Assembly: GCF_016433145.1 (NCBI RefSeq)
Contig: NC_058135.1
Span: 91,342,699 to 91,406,698, forward strand
Length of the DNA stretch: 64,000 nt
Direction: 5' to 3'
From: Gracilinanus agilis
Taxonomy: Eukaryota
A program made the position numbers and the translations under genes. Numbering within the stretch: the stretch's first letter is position 1; each line of letters opens with the position of its first letter. The notes below the pieces were generated by a model. That model was not told the DNA's origin. It did not search any database and saw only the letters and a program-made list of their open reading frames with translations. Shown piece after piece: positions 38,891 through 50,900 of the stretch.

Positions 38891-39499
38891 AGAGTGTATT
38901 CTTCTATACAAGTACTATCCTTATTTTCAGATGAAGAAACTGAGGCACAAGGAGGTTAAGTGATTTGCTCAATGCCACAACACTACCAAGAAATAGAGCT
39001 AAAATTAGCCAATTTTGAAACAGAAAATGATGGCATGTATATATATACATATATACATATATAAATATATCCATGTTTTGCTAGATTGTCATGGTCAAAA
39101 ATAGAAATTAGCTTAAAAATTCACATTAGAAAAACAAAAAAGATTTAAATCTTTTAAAAAATAGCCTGGGTCTTGTCACTTAGCTGAAGAAATGACCTAT
39201 CAAATTAGACTATAAATGTATATATCCTGGATAGTCTATTACTATTGCCTGAATGACCTGTGTAAAATTATGTAGGGCTTTCTTTTTTTTTAAGTAGATT
39301 TTTATGGTTATTTGTTTTTACTTACATTTGTAGTATTTTGGGTGGTCTCAAAATGCCTGCAAATTATGCAAAAGTCTATATTTTTAACCTATATCCTACT
39401 GGCGATGCTATATGACTCCAAATCAAGGACAAAAGAACAGTCTTGATTAAAATAAAAAATAATTCAAAAGGTAATGGAAAGATGACTAGAAGGATTAAT

Positions 39500-39720
39500 C
39501 AGACTGTAGCATTTGTAAAGAATTTATGAAAAGCAACATAAAAAAGACATATATTACCAAGAAAGAAATGGGTTGGTCAAATCACGTACTGAGAAATAAC
39601 AGATGGTAAATAATATCCACCTAAATACTAAAAGACCCAGAGAACCATTTGCCATGCGTTAATCTTTCTTACTGCGACGTCCTTAATGAAAAAGCATCAA
39701 CAAGGATTGTATAGGATGAG
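39500..39720 (+). mobile_element. Old RTE 3'-region fragment
   Basis: Decayed text resembling the RTE C-terminal RWAGHV...RW...KRP.GRP region. Confidence 0.4.
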
Positions 39721-41060
39721 ATGGTATAAAAGGTTTGTTAATAATCTTCTTTGGTGGAGAGACCATGGTGAAATCTAGATAGTCAGAAGCAGAACTGGGA
39801 AAGGAATGAAAGATAGCTGGTCTGGGTTCTTCCTCAAAGTGAAAATTTGGAGAAGAATTTAACAATGACAAAGTCGAATGGGGTTGGGGTTAGGCTGGAG
39901 GGGGAAAAGACCTCAGGACTGAAGGAAACTTCCAGAATAAAGAGGCAGCTGAGTCTCAAAGTCTATTGAGTCAGAAGTAAAATTTTCTGGTAAGAGTACA
40001 AAAAAAGACTTCATCCTGTAATCTCTTATGATGCACGACCATCAGAATAACAATGAAAAAAAAACCCTGCAAAACAAACCACCATCAAAATTTGAATTTT
40101 TCTATAATTCTAAATCATATGTTCTTTCCATGTGTTTGAATGTCTCATTTTATTATAATTAGACTTTTACAAGAAAATAATGGGTCAAGTTTAAAAAAAA
40201 ATCTTTAGAATATCCTGGCTAAAATTATTCCTTTGGTTGTATTAGTATATGAAAAATCTTTTCTTTTTAAAATTCCTTTTAAGACTACACATTTGAAAAA
40301 AACCAAGGGATAACTAAAATGATAGCTTTAATTACATTATCCCATCAAGACCGAAGCTCTAAACTGGTCTAAGTACAAAATATTGTTTCAATATAGTCAA
40401 TTATCTTAAGTATGTGCAGTGTGAGTTACTATTAGATTGAAGCTATCCACTTCTTTGTGTCTTGCTTTCAACAAATTAAATAATTTCAGTTGTCAATATT
40501 TATAAGAATTGGTCTTTTAAAATTTTTACTATATAAAAGCCACCTGATTCAGAAGATTTAGAATTATAAAGCAGCAAATTATTTATTATAATTTGATCCC
40601 AATTATGTTTATTAAAATATTAAACATATTAAAGCATTTAAAAATAATTTAATCAAATCAAACTGATTTTATATTTTGAATATTAAAATTTAATTTATTT
40701 GTATTTTCATATATTCAACACCAATAGAAATATATCCTATAAACTTATCAAATAGATGAGAAAATAGTTTTCCTGTATGTTAAATGAATTCATTCTTTAA
40801 AAGCACCATTGATATTGCAACAGATTATTTCGCCTAAAATTTCCTTTCTTAATCTTGAAATATAATGTTAATATAAAAAATGGTCATAATTTAAGGAGGT
40901 GGGATTTTTTCTCTTTAATGCTTTTTTTATTCAATAGTTTATTTTTTTACAGTTAATTGTTCCACTGAATCTTGATTGAACAAATGCATTTTTGGAGATA
41001 AAAAAAGAGGATTATTTCTTCTTTCAAATGTATTTTGTTTTTTTTAATTATTATTTTCTG

Positions 41061-41252
41061 NNNNNNNNNNNNNNNNNNNNNNNNNNNNNNNNNNNNNNNN
41101 NNNNNNNNNNNNNNNNNNNNNNNNNNNNNNNNNNNNNNNNNNNNNNNNNNNNNNNNNNNNNNNNNNNNNNNNNNNNNNNNNNNNNNNNNNNNNNNNNNNN
41201 NNNNNNNNNNNNNNNNNNNNNNNNNNNNNNNNNNNNNNNNNNNNNNNNNNNN
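41061..41252. other. Assembly gap (N run)
   Basis: 192 N, followed by a pyrimidine-rich simple repeat. Confidence 1.
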
Positions 41253-42219
41253 CTTTATCACTCTCTCTCTCTGTTTCTTTCTCCCTTTCTGCCTTTCTTC
41301 CTACCTTTCTTCTTTTCCCTAATTTAATCAGACATCAACACAAGATATCAAATATTTTTCTGAGGGAATTTTCCTTCGTAAAGGTTGTCTTTCTTCTCTG
41401 TATGGTCGGACAGGAAGGTTGGATTTAATTTAAAATGATTAATGAGATTTTGTCAGACTCCCTGACTTTACCACCACTGCAGTTTGTCAGCACAACAACC
41501 TGGGAAACTGGGACGCCACTCTGTCGCCCAAAACCACTTTCCAGGAAAAAAATAAACCGGAGTAACTGGTGCCAGGTACATGTCAATGGCATTGTCTCTC
41601 AGCTGTTGACAGTTTAAAACTCTGAGTCAGGAATGTATATGTGCTGGGGATACATGTACCTGAGGTATTGTTTTCAGTCTCTTTGGAAATGGTTAGTCAC
41701 TTTTTAAGTTTAGGTTGTTGACAGTTCCTAAAAGTGACTATTCTAGGAAAACAGCTCTACTCTGCTTCCCTTCCTTCCAAATCAATTTTAAATTAAAATA
41801 AGCAAAGAAATGTAAAGATACAAGATCTCAGATCCTTCCTCTCAGTTAAAGAACTTTTGTATAAAAAAAAGAACTGGAAATAAAATAGATACCCAATGAT
41901 GGGAAATGATTAAACAAGTCTTGTACACTGACGTGATAAAAATATCACTTGTTTCACTGTCCCCCCACCCAAAAAAAAAAAAAACAATTTAAAACCACAC
42001 TAAGACTTTTGGAACACCCTGATTCATAACATGGAAAATATGAGAAATTATGAGAAATACTAGAAGTTATATGAACTAATGAAGAATGAAAAAATAGAAC
42101 CAGAAAACACTATACAATACCCACAACACTCTAAATGGAAAAACAAAACAAAAATTGAAATTGAAAGCTCTTTAATTATATAGATCAAAATTTAAGCCCT
42201 GGAGAAAAGATTGGAGAAT

Positions 42220-42432
42220 CAGTCACATATAACTCTGTGATCTCATATAGGGTTTTCTTGGTAAAGATATAAATAAAGATGTTTGCCATCTTGTTCTCTG
42301 ATGGATTAGGCAAACCAAGGTTAAAGTGACTTGCCCAGAGTCTCACACTTAGTAAGTGTCTGAGACTGAATTAGAACTCAAGTCTTCCAGACTCCAGGCT
42401 TAGCATTCTATCCACTGAACCACCACACTGCC
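42220..42432 (-). mobile_element. MAR1-type SINE inside an old L1 3' fragment (~41850-42660)
   Basis: RTE-like tail (gggttttcttggtaaagatat...tttgccat) plus CORE and head. Confidence 0.7.
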
Positions 42433-42864
42433 ACATGAGAGTACACCACTTCTCTTTTTTGGCAGTAATGAATGACTAATGGGTCCGAAACACTTGATTT
42501 TATTGATTTGGGTTAGTTAGTTTTTTTTTTTTATTATTGACCTGCTTTTCTAACTTTTAAGCCATTTTTTAACACAAGAGAAGACTTGGGGGCTGGGGAA
42601 AAGATGTATTGGGAAATGAAAGTGATGTAAAAATAAAAGATCAATAAAAAATTTAATCAAAGGAAAGCTGTGAGCTTGCAATCAGCAAACTCATTCTCAA
42701 TTCAATAGTTGGGAAAATATTCTCACTTGTCTATATATGTAAACATGTGAAACAAGTTCAATAAAAAACACATTTTTGTTTCTACTGTCTATCTTGAAAT
42801 ATAAACTTTCTACCTTTTTTTTCTATCAGGCTCAAAAAAAAAAAAGAGATCATAGATTCTAGCT

Positions 42865-43078
42865 AGAGCAGGACTGTGCTGGCTAACTCCTGCTTGGAGT
42901 GGGGGGTAATACTCATATAATCCACTCAAACTTAATCTGCATTATTAACATTTTCTCAATCACTGAAGTCTAGACAATCAAGAAAATAATAATTCAAGCT
43001 CTATTTCCTAGTATTTGCCATGTAAATGCTGGTACCAAACATTTAACAATCAGCCCACAAGCTCAAGCTGGTCTCAGA
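42865..43078 (-). mobile_element. Non-autonomous DNA-transposon-like repeat, copy 1
   Basis: Its reverse complement (ttgattgtctagactt...gaaaatgttaataatgcagattaa) aligns by eye with 47815-47875. Confidence 0.55.
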
Positions 43079-44730
43079 AGTCATCTAGATCAAATCCCTC
43101 ATTCTACATTGAGAAAACTGAAGCCTAGAGATATTCAGGGCCTTGACCACGGTCACAAGAGGAGAAATGGAGGAGCAGCAATGCAAACAAAACTATGATT
43201 ATGGGAAATTCCCAGTGTGGAAACTGGGAACTCTCAAATGATGCATATTGGCAACTCCTTTTCACTTTCTGGTCTTGGAGAGCTCTCTAGGGGCACAGGG
43301 AGGTTAAATAGCTTGCCCTTAGTCACACCAATTCATTCTTTTCTAGTCAAATCCTCTGACTCCAGAGGCACATTCTACTAAATATGCTGTCTGGAGGCAA
43401 AAAGTGATCGTTCTTCTAGGAATAAATGTCTTGAGGACATGCCAGCACCTAAAAGTGTGTGTGTTTTTTATTTTACAAACATGTATTTAATTTTTATTTG
43501 ATAGATAATATTACTATAATAAATATACAACATGTACGTATTTAATTTTTATACTTATAACTTTTGTCTTCTTGGATCTTATGTAACACATGCATTGTAT
43601 GCAACTAATTATTGTGCTCATCATATAATATCTAGCATTATAGTTAATTGTTCACTGTCATCTCCTCAAGTAAGTTTCATCAAAGCAGAGACCACTTCTT
43701 ATCTAAATTCTATGGAGTTCACAATGATCTTCACATGGAGGGTGTTTAATAAGTGATATTGGATTAAATTTTAAATATTAAAATAATTTAAAATTTAGAA
43801 ATTATGTTCAGATAGGATAGAGATAGGCAGTGGACCTGTGACTTCATTATCATAGGGAATTCTGGGGTCAGAAATTTTCTTCTCTGTGTCCACACATTCA
43901 AATGTCTCTGCTCAAATTGTTTTCGTGAGTTGGGGAACACATGATCTCTGGTCATAAAAAAAAAATGAGAAGGTTTCTTTGCCTCTTTCTCCTTCAGAAT
44001 GAAATTTCCAGGAGAGGATCTCAGAAAAGAGGTGTAAGCTAGAAAAGGAAATAAAGCCACCATGTTTGTGGGAGTGTAAAGTTATGATAAGAGAAAGGGA
44101 AACCCACATATCAGAAATGACAATACAAAACAAATACCTATATTCCATGGAGAATTTTTTGGTATAAAAATATATGTATTTGTAAAAAATCATATTAAAC
44201 AGCATTGTACCCATCTACCTTGCCTACCTTTTTTCTGCTTCAAATTCCACTTCTGCTGAGCCTAAAGAAGCCAACCCCTCCCTGTCCCCCAGCCAGTGTT
44301 ATTTCTTGTCAACAGAAAACAGAAAAAGGTTTCCTTACATGAGTTAGAATTAAGTTCTGTTTCTGAGCACCATTTTGTGAAACTTCAGAACTAAAATTGA
44401 AAGAGAAAATTCTTGTCATTTTACTAAAAGCAATTTAATACTTAGGGATGGCATCCTATGTACATATACCTGTATTTTTAATTCAGACCTTTGTCTATAG
44501 AACTGATAAGTAGAGGAGTAGGTGAGCTATAGTCGTTGACTTGACTTTAAGGTGTTAAGGTGGCTTTGTTATTGCTGTTGTTGTTTCTAAAATAGTGCTG
44601 ACCTCCTCTATTTGTCAAATTACTTTGGAGACAAATTTTCTCTCTTTTCATATAGAGGGCATGTATATAATTATTTATGTAATATTGATATACCTTTATG
44701 CTATATAATATATATACACATCTATCTTTG

Positions 44731-44823
44731 TATCCATCCATCCACCCATTCATCCATCCATCTATCCCATTCATTCATCCATCCATCCATCCATCTGTTC
44801 CATGCATCCATTCATTCATCCAT
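44731..44823. repeat. (CCAT)n/(TCAT)n imperfect microsatellite
   Basis: Direct reading. Confidence 0.9.
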
Positions 44824-45663
44824 CTATTATTGCTGCTGTTGTGATATGGAATTTCATTGATGTGGGAAGCTTCAAGAAGGATACTTCAAAACTCTACTGC
44901 TGTAGATAAGTAGCTCTTTTCATGTATGGTCTTAGGGAGGTCTTTGGGGGTTCAAGAAATTTAGCTAGTTGCTCAGCAGTGTATCAAGAGACTTGAGCCC
45001 AGCTCTTCCTAACACCAAGGCTTTCTCTCTCTCTCCTGGGCCAAGCTTGCTGCATCATTGTATTCTCTATCAAACATTATCTAAGAGGAAGAACCTCAAC
45101 AACCATATCATTTTAGCACATAATTTTCCATATTAACATTATAAAATCTCTTCAAGTACATAATGCTCTGATTAGGTTAGCATTGGCATTCCAGATTCTT
45201 CTTAGCACCTATCATCCAGAAAGCTCCAAATACCTTGATAATATGCTATGGCTATAGTTTATGTATTTTTATTGCCTTATATCTAGTCCATTAACCATCC
45301 TATATGGAAAGTTTTTTTTAATTGGTTAGTCTTTATACATTAAATTGTTATTTTCATTTTATATTATTCTATTTGGAAATGATTGACTTGTTCTAGAAAT
45401 AATAGAGTACTTTGTGTGTATATATGTATTTTAAGTCAGATTATTCGTTGAATAAAACTCATGTTTCATATAGAAGTGGGTCCTGTTAAGAGTTTCCTAT
45501 TAAGCAAATATTGTTAAAAACTGAGAAAGTTTTTAAAAGCTCAGTGGATAGAGGGCCATGCCTTGAGGCTGGAGGAATGGAGTTCAAATATGGTCTCAAT
45601 CACTTCCTATCCCCAGTTGCCTAGCTTATCTGCTCTTCTGCCTTAGAACTGACTCTAAGACAG

Positions 45664-46101
45664 NNNNNNNNNNNNNNNNNNNNNNNNNNNNNNNNNNNNN
45701 NNNNNNNNNNNNNNNNNNNNNNNNNNNNNNNNNNNNNNNNNNNNNNNNNNNNNNNNNNNNNNNNNNNNNNNNNNNNNNNNNNNNNNNNNNNNNNNNNNNN
45801 NNNNNNNNNNNNNNNNNNNNNNNNNNNNNNNNNNNNNNNNNNNNNNNNNNNNNNNNNNNNNNNNNNNNNNNNNNNNNNNNNNNNNNNNNNNNNNNNNNNN
45901 NNNNNNNNNNNNNNNNNNNNNNNNNNNNNNNNNNNNNNNNNNNNNNNNNNNNNNNNNNNNNNNNNNNNNNNNNNNNNNNNNNNNNNNNNNNNNNNNNNNN
46001 NNNNNNNNNNNNNNNNNNNNNNNNNNNNNNNNNNNNNNNNNNNNNNNNNNNNNNNNNNNNNNNNNNNNNNNNNNNNNNNNNNNNNNNNNNNNNNNNNNNN
46101 N
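45664..46101. other. Assembly gap (N run) flanked by SINE fragments
   Basis: 438 N. SINE-like text at ~45535-45663 and ~46102-46310. Confidence 1.
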
Positions 46102-46957
46102 GACATGGCAGAGAAAGGGTCATCTTTTGAGTCAGCAAGCCCCAGGTTCAAGTCCTGCTTCTGACCTATCCTAACTATGTAGCTACAGGCAATCTACATA
46201 ACATCTTAGTGCCTTAGGAAACTCACTTTCACAAAGAAGTTACCAAATTGCATTAGTAGAAGTAGCTTCTATACTGGGAGTTCCCCACATGAATTTAATC
46301 ACAGTTATATTCCTTATATATCACAGTCCTTATTCCCTTTGTCCCCACATCAAAGTAACCCTATTTCTTTTGTGCTTTATGGTTTACCAAATGCTATAGT
46401 ATCATGGGTACTACAAGTATTATCATTACCATTTTACAAATGAGAAAATTAAGTCTTAGAGAGATAAAATGATTTGCCCAAGATCACAAATATCAGAGAA
46501 GGAATGAAGAAAGAAGTCTTTTTGAATTTAAAATCAACATTTTTACCACACTAGCTTGTTGATGACCAGTTTTCAAAGAAGTAAAATATAAAATGCAGAA
46601 AAATTGCAAGAATGTAAGCTCCTTCAAGGGAAGAGCTTGTTCACTTTATTTTTTTATTCATATTTTCACTGCCTATCACTATACCTGGCACATAGTAGGT
46701 GCTTCATAAATCCTTATTGTGTGATTGTTGGAAGATCTGCCATGATTAAATTAATTAAATACTTAAATAATTAAATAAAACTCTATCAAACTTTTTCTGA
46801 ACTTTCATTAATCTGATTATTCAGAAGGAATTTTGTATTTCCTTTGAGATCATAGTTAAGATAATTAGTCATAAGTGACAGGTATGAGAAAGCTCTGATT
46901 AGCTAGATCCTGAATATTGGCATATTTATCCAGCATCACTTGGAAAGTAAGAAATGT

Positions 46958-47330
46958 GAAATTAAGAACATTTAAGAAAGGGAATTTAAAGAGCACTTAA
47001 GTGAATTAAGAACCCTCAAGTTTGAGAAAGTTATGGGCGCTTAAGTGAGGAGACTTAAGGGCATTTAAGTGAAAAAAGTTAGGAACATTTAAATGAGAAG
47101 ACCTAAGAGCACTTACATTGGGAAAGTTAAGAGCACTTAAGTAAGGGCACTTAAGAACCTCTGAATTTGGAAAATTAAGAGGATTTAAACCAGTGAAGCT
47201 AATAGCACTTAAGTCAGAAAAGTTAAGAGCACTTAATTGAGTGAAATTAAAAGCATTTAAATGAGGGGACTTAGAACTTGTCTTCAAAATTAAGAAAACA
47301 TAAGTGAAGAAAATTATGAGCACTACACCA
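46958..47330. repeat. Degenerate 24-bp minisatellite, consensus approximately GGAAAGTTAAGAGCACTTAAGTGA
   Basis: Units keep a 24-nt register from 47051 to 47266 (e.g. aaagttaagagcacttaagtaagg, aaagttaagagcacttaattgagt), with more degenerate units on both sides. Confidence 0.88.
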
Positions 47331-47494
47331 AGGAGAATCACTGTTACTACCTCTTCTTACCAAAAAAATCCAACACACAAAAAATTAAATGTATCATCTA
47401 TGTTGAATGTGTGGGGTGCGTTGAAAGCATTGAACTTGTAATCATAAGGTCTGAGCTGAAGTCTAGATAAGTCACATTTTAAGAATATATTTGC

Positions 47495-47660
47495 TATCAA
47501 TAATATGGATATAGGTCTTGATCAATGACACATGTAAAACCCAGTGGAATTGCTTGTTGCCTATGGGTGAAGAGTGGGAAGAGGGGAGGGAAAGAACATA
47601 AATCATGTAACCATGGAAAATTTTTTTAATCAATAAAAATTTTTTAAAAAGCATGAAACT
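47495..47660 (+). mobile_element. Short L1 3' tail
   Basis: Same text as the 3' end of the L1 at 14600-14767. TSD aatatatttgc at 47484-47494 and 47661-47671. Confidence 0.88.
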
Positions 47661-47699
47661 AATATATTTGCAATCTAATAAGAAGGACCTCAGTAGATC

Positions 47700-47942
47700 T
47701 GGTGGTGGTAGTGGGCTAGAGAAGAACAGAAGGTCGTGTTAGGACATGCCTATGAACATTTACACTTTGAAAATTTTCAAAATGCCACAATCAGAGTTTG
47801 ATTTACTGTTTTGTTGATTGTCCAGACTTAACAAGATGATGAAGAAACTGTTCATATTACAAATTAAATTTAGAAGTATATCTTGCATGCATTTTTCTTT
47901 CTGGATAACTGTTTTTAAACCTTTAAGCATCTCTCTGGTGCT
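47700..47942 (+). mobile_element. Non-autonomous DNA-transposon-like repeat, copy 2
   Basis: Homologous, in opposite orientation, to 42865-43078. Confidence 0.5.
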
Positions 47943-50900
47943 GACTGAACAGAGTAGATGATGGGATCACTGGAGTATTATACTACAGGGTGGCTGTGAG
48001 GAAAGTTGGTTTTCTGACTCCCTGGCCAAAGAAGATAATTAGAATTGGGTTCAAGATTGGCCAGCATGGGTGAGGATTTGTCCAGGAGCATTTGAAAAAG
48101 GCAGGAGTTAGCCTAGAAAGTTCTAAATTGTCTTTCTGCTCTTAGTCCAGGGAGTCATAGCCAAAGGCTTTGATAACATCAAAATGGTGTCTTGTGGTAG
48201 GGTTCAGATGTGGTAACGTAGTAATAGTAGCAGAACCTCAAACTCTACTTTAAAGTGATTCTACAAGAAATGCTATCTTGTGTATAAGCTACATTTCAAA
48301 GAAAGACAGACTTTATTCTTTTTTTCATCTTTTTGGGAAGACCTGAAGATGAATAAGAGTCCAAGTTAGTTTGAGAATGCTATTCCTGTTCTTTTTCAGA
48401 GAAGTTTAGTAAGACAGAATATTTGTTTTTCTGAATCCTGAGATGTCACCTTGATGAGGGTTCTGAGGAGGAATTTTAGGAACTCACACGCATGTCTGTA
48501 TAGGCTGCGTGTCCCTGTGTGAGTTTGGTTACTTGTCAGCGCGGATATTGCTCTAAGATTCTAGTGTGAACAACAAACGACAAATCATATTATAATGCCT
48601 AAAGCTTATCTGGATTAATGTGGACTACACTGACCTAAGGCTTTGTGGGGCCCTGAGCAGAGCCAGATGTTTGGGGCCTCAACCAGGCCTCTATAATCCA
48701 CACACCTGGGGGTGGGGGGAAATCTGGGAAGGAAAAGAGGGAAGTTTCATAGCGAAGGGTAAACTTGGGGGTCTTGTAGGCTTCTCTCATGGGAAAGCAG
48801 CTGGTTCTCTTTTCTCCAAACTCTGAAAATGGGCCCCTGGAAAAGAAAGACATGTAGATGCTCCTGGTCTGAGCATCAGTGACCACGTAAAGGAGATGCT
48901 TCTAACAAAATAGGGTAGATCCCTTATGGAAATACACCATTCTTTCTTCCCAATTCTGGCTTGCGCTGAACCCTAGGTTTTGTGAACCTTGCCACCTGGT
49001 GGATTATTGGAAAAACTACAAGCTCTTGAGAAAGAGATTCAGGAGGGGAGCAAGCAGGACTTCTTGACTTTTAACTCTTTTAAAGAGGACTTGGAGGAAA
49101 TGAAACAAAGTCTTTGCAGGTCATTTTTAGGTAGCATTTATTTTTGATAAAATGATAAGAAATATGTTTACTCATGGCAAACTAAAGGCAAGGGCTAGAG
49201 AAAAGAATCGTTATAAGGGATCTGACTAAAATAATGGCAGTATTGGATAATTTGCTACATTTTCGTTGGAGCATGATAGAATGTTACAGCTGTGACTTAG
49301 GTTGACTAGTTTTATTTTATTTTAATTTTTTGTCAAATTAGCTTAAAAGAACTGTAGGGAAAAAAAGTTAAAGTAACTTGGTATCTAAAAAAAAAAAAAA
49401 AAAAAGCTCCTCCAAAAAAACCACCTTAACAATTATAGAACTTTAAAAATTATTAAGGAGGAATATCTACCTGCCCCAAAGAAGAAAGGGACCTATATTT
49501 GAGAAATCCTATTTTCGGTGATTTGCTTCCAGTGAGCTGGTGGTATTGTCTTGATCAACAATATAATAGAATGATTAAATTAAAGTTGTTAATTTCTTAG
49601 CTGAAATGAAAACCTCTCTATGTGACCCAAGAGTTTAGAGCTATGTCACCTCTTAGACTTTAGTTTATCCCCATCTATTTCAATATGGAGGAAAGGGATG
49701 GAAATTACTGAATTATTTGATAGGGTAGACAGTCAATCTTCATAATTCAGGCCCCCCAAATGGATTTAATTCTGGCCTGGATCATGTAGTTTGGGCTGTC
49801 CAAAGAGCCTAAATTAACCAGATGATTGTTAGCTTTCCTTTTTTTCTTTGCTCTGTTGTTACTTGTTAGTCTCCTACATCTGCTGCCAAAAATTATGAAA
49901 CTCTTTCTAACCTCCTTGCCAAATGATATATGCTTCTTTTCTTGTCCCTTTTTTTTTTTTCAAATCTTTTTAGTGAGATTGAGAGAGCCTCATTTGAACT
50001 TCTTTCTATTTCTATAAAGATTAGTGACTATCATTTGAAGAAAAAAAAAAAGCAGAAGCAGGGTCATATGATTTAAAAAGTAACTTTCCTCCAGTATTTT
50101 CCTTGACTCCTTAGTCATCCTGTTGTCAGATTTGAAAAATAGAACATATGATTTTATGTCAGTGTATTAGAAATAGAAAAAAACGGGGGTCATTAGATTT
50201 ATTTCTCTTCAACCCAGGATGATTTTCTGGACCAGAGTCACTAAATAAAATTAAATATGTCATAATAATATTGGGAAAACAGAGAATTATTACAATTATA
50301 TTTTCATTTCTCAAATCAGACTGTTGTTAAAGAAATTTAAAAATAGGGTCTTTTGCTTAACATGTAGCATTGAGATGAAGGTTTTCTGGCTATAAATTAT
50401 CATTGTTATTATTATTAACATTTAAAACATGTACATCCTTATTACTAAAGACTTAATGATGCTTTATAAGAATAAAGTCTCCTGCCCTCTGGAATTTTGT
50501 ATAAATGAGATATGACTACACCTTCAAGTAAAATTGAAACTCGGAAAGTAAAGGGTTTAATTAAAGAAAAATGGACATATTAAAATTCCTGCACTGTCTG
50601 GAGGGGCAAATTTCTGAAACTATTTGTATACTAGTGTACAAAATACACCTAGAATGGGAAGGTTTGAAATTAATTTAAGTAGGGGGTATTTTAACTTCAG
50701 AGAATCCAAGAGCAAAAGCTACAGCATAGTTTGCCTCTTAATAGAATTGCTGAAACTTTTAAGGGTGTTTATTTTGCTAACATGTGTTTATGTGTATTCT
50801 TTTCTTCAATATATGTGAAGTATTTGATTGTACTTAAATCAATATGCATGTGTATACATACATACACACACACATATAAACATGCACACATATTTACATA

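Noticed and set aside
16832-46151. Long X-containing ORFs crossing N runs (16832-17032, 17848-18222, 40953-41327, 45621-46151)
   Set aside because: Artefacts of assembly gaps and adjacent microsatellites.
46958-47330. CRISPR-like repeat-spacer array
   Set aside because: Mammalian DNA, units are tandem with no unique spacers, and there are no cas genes.
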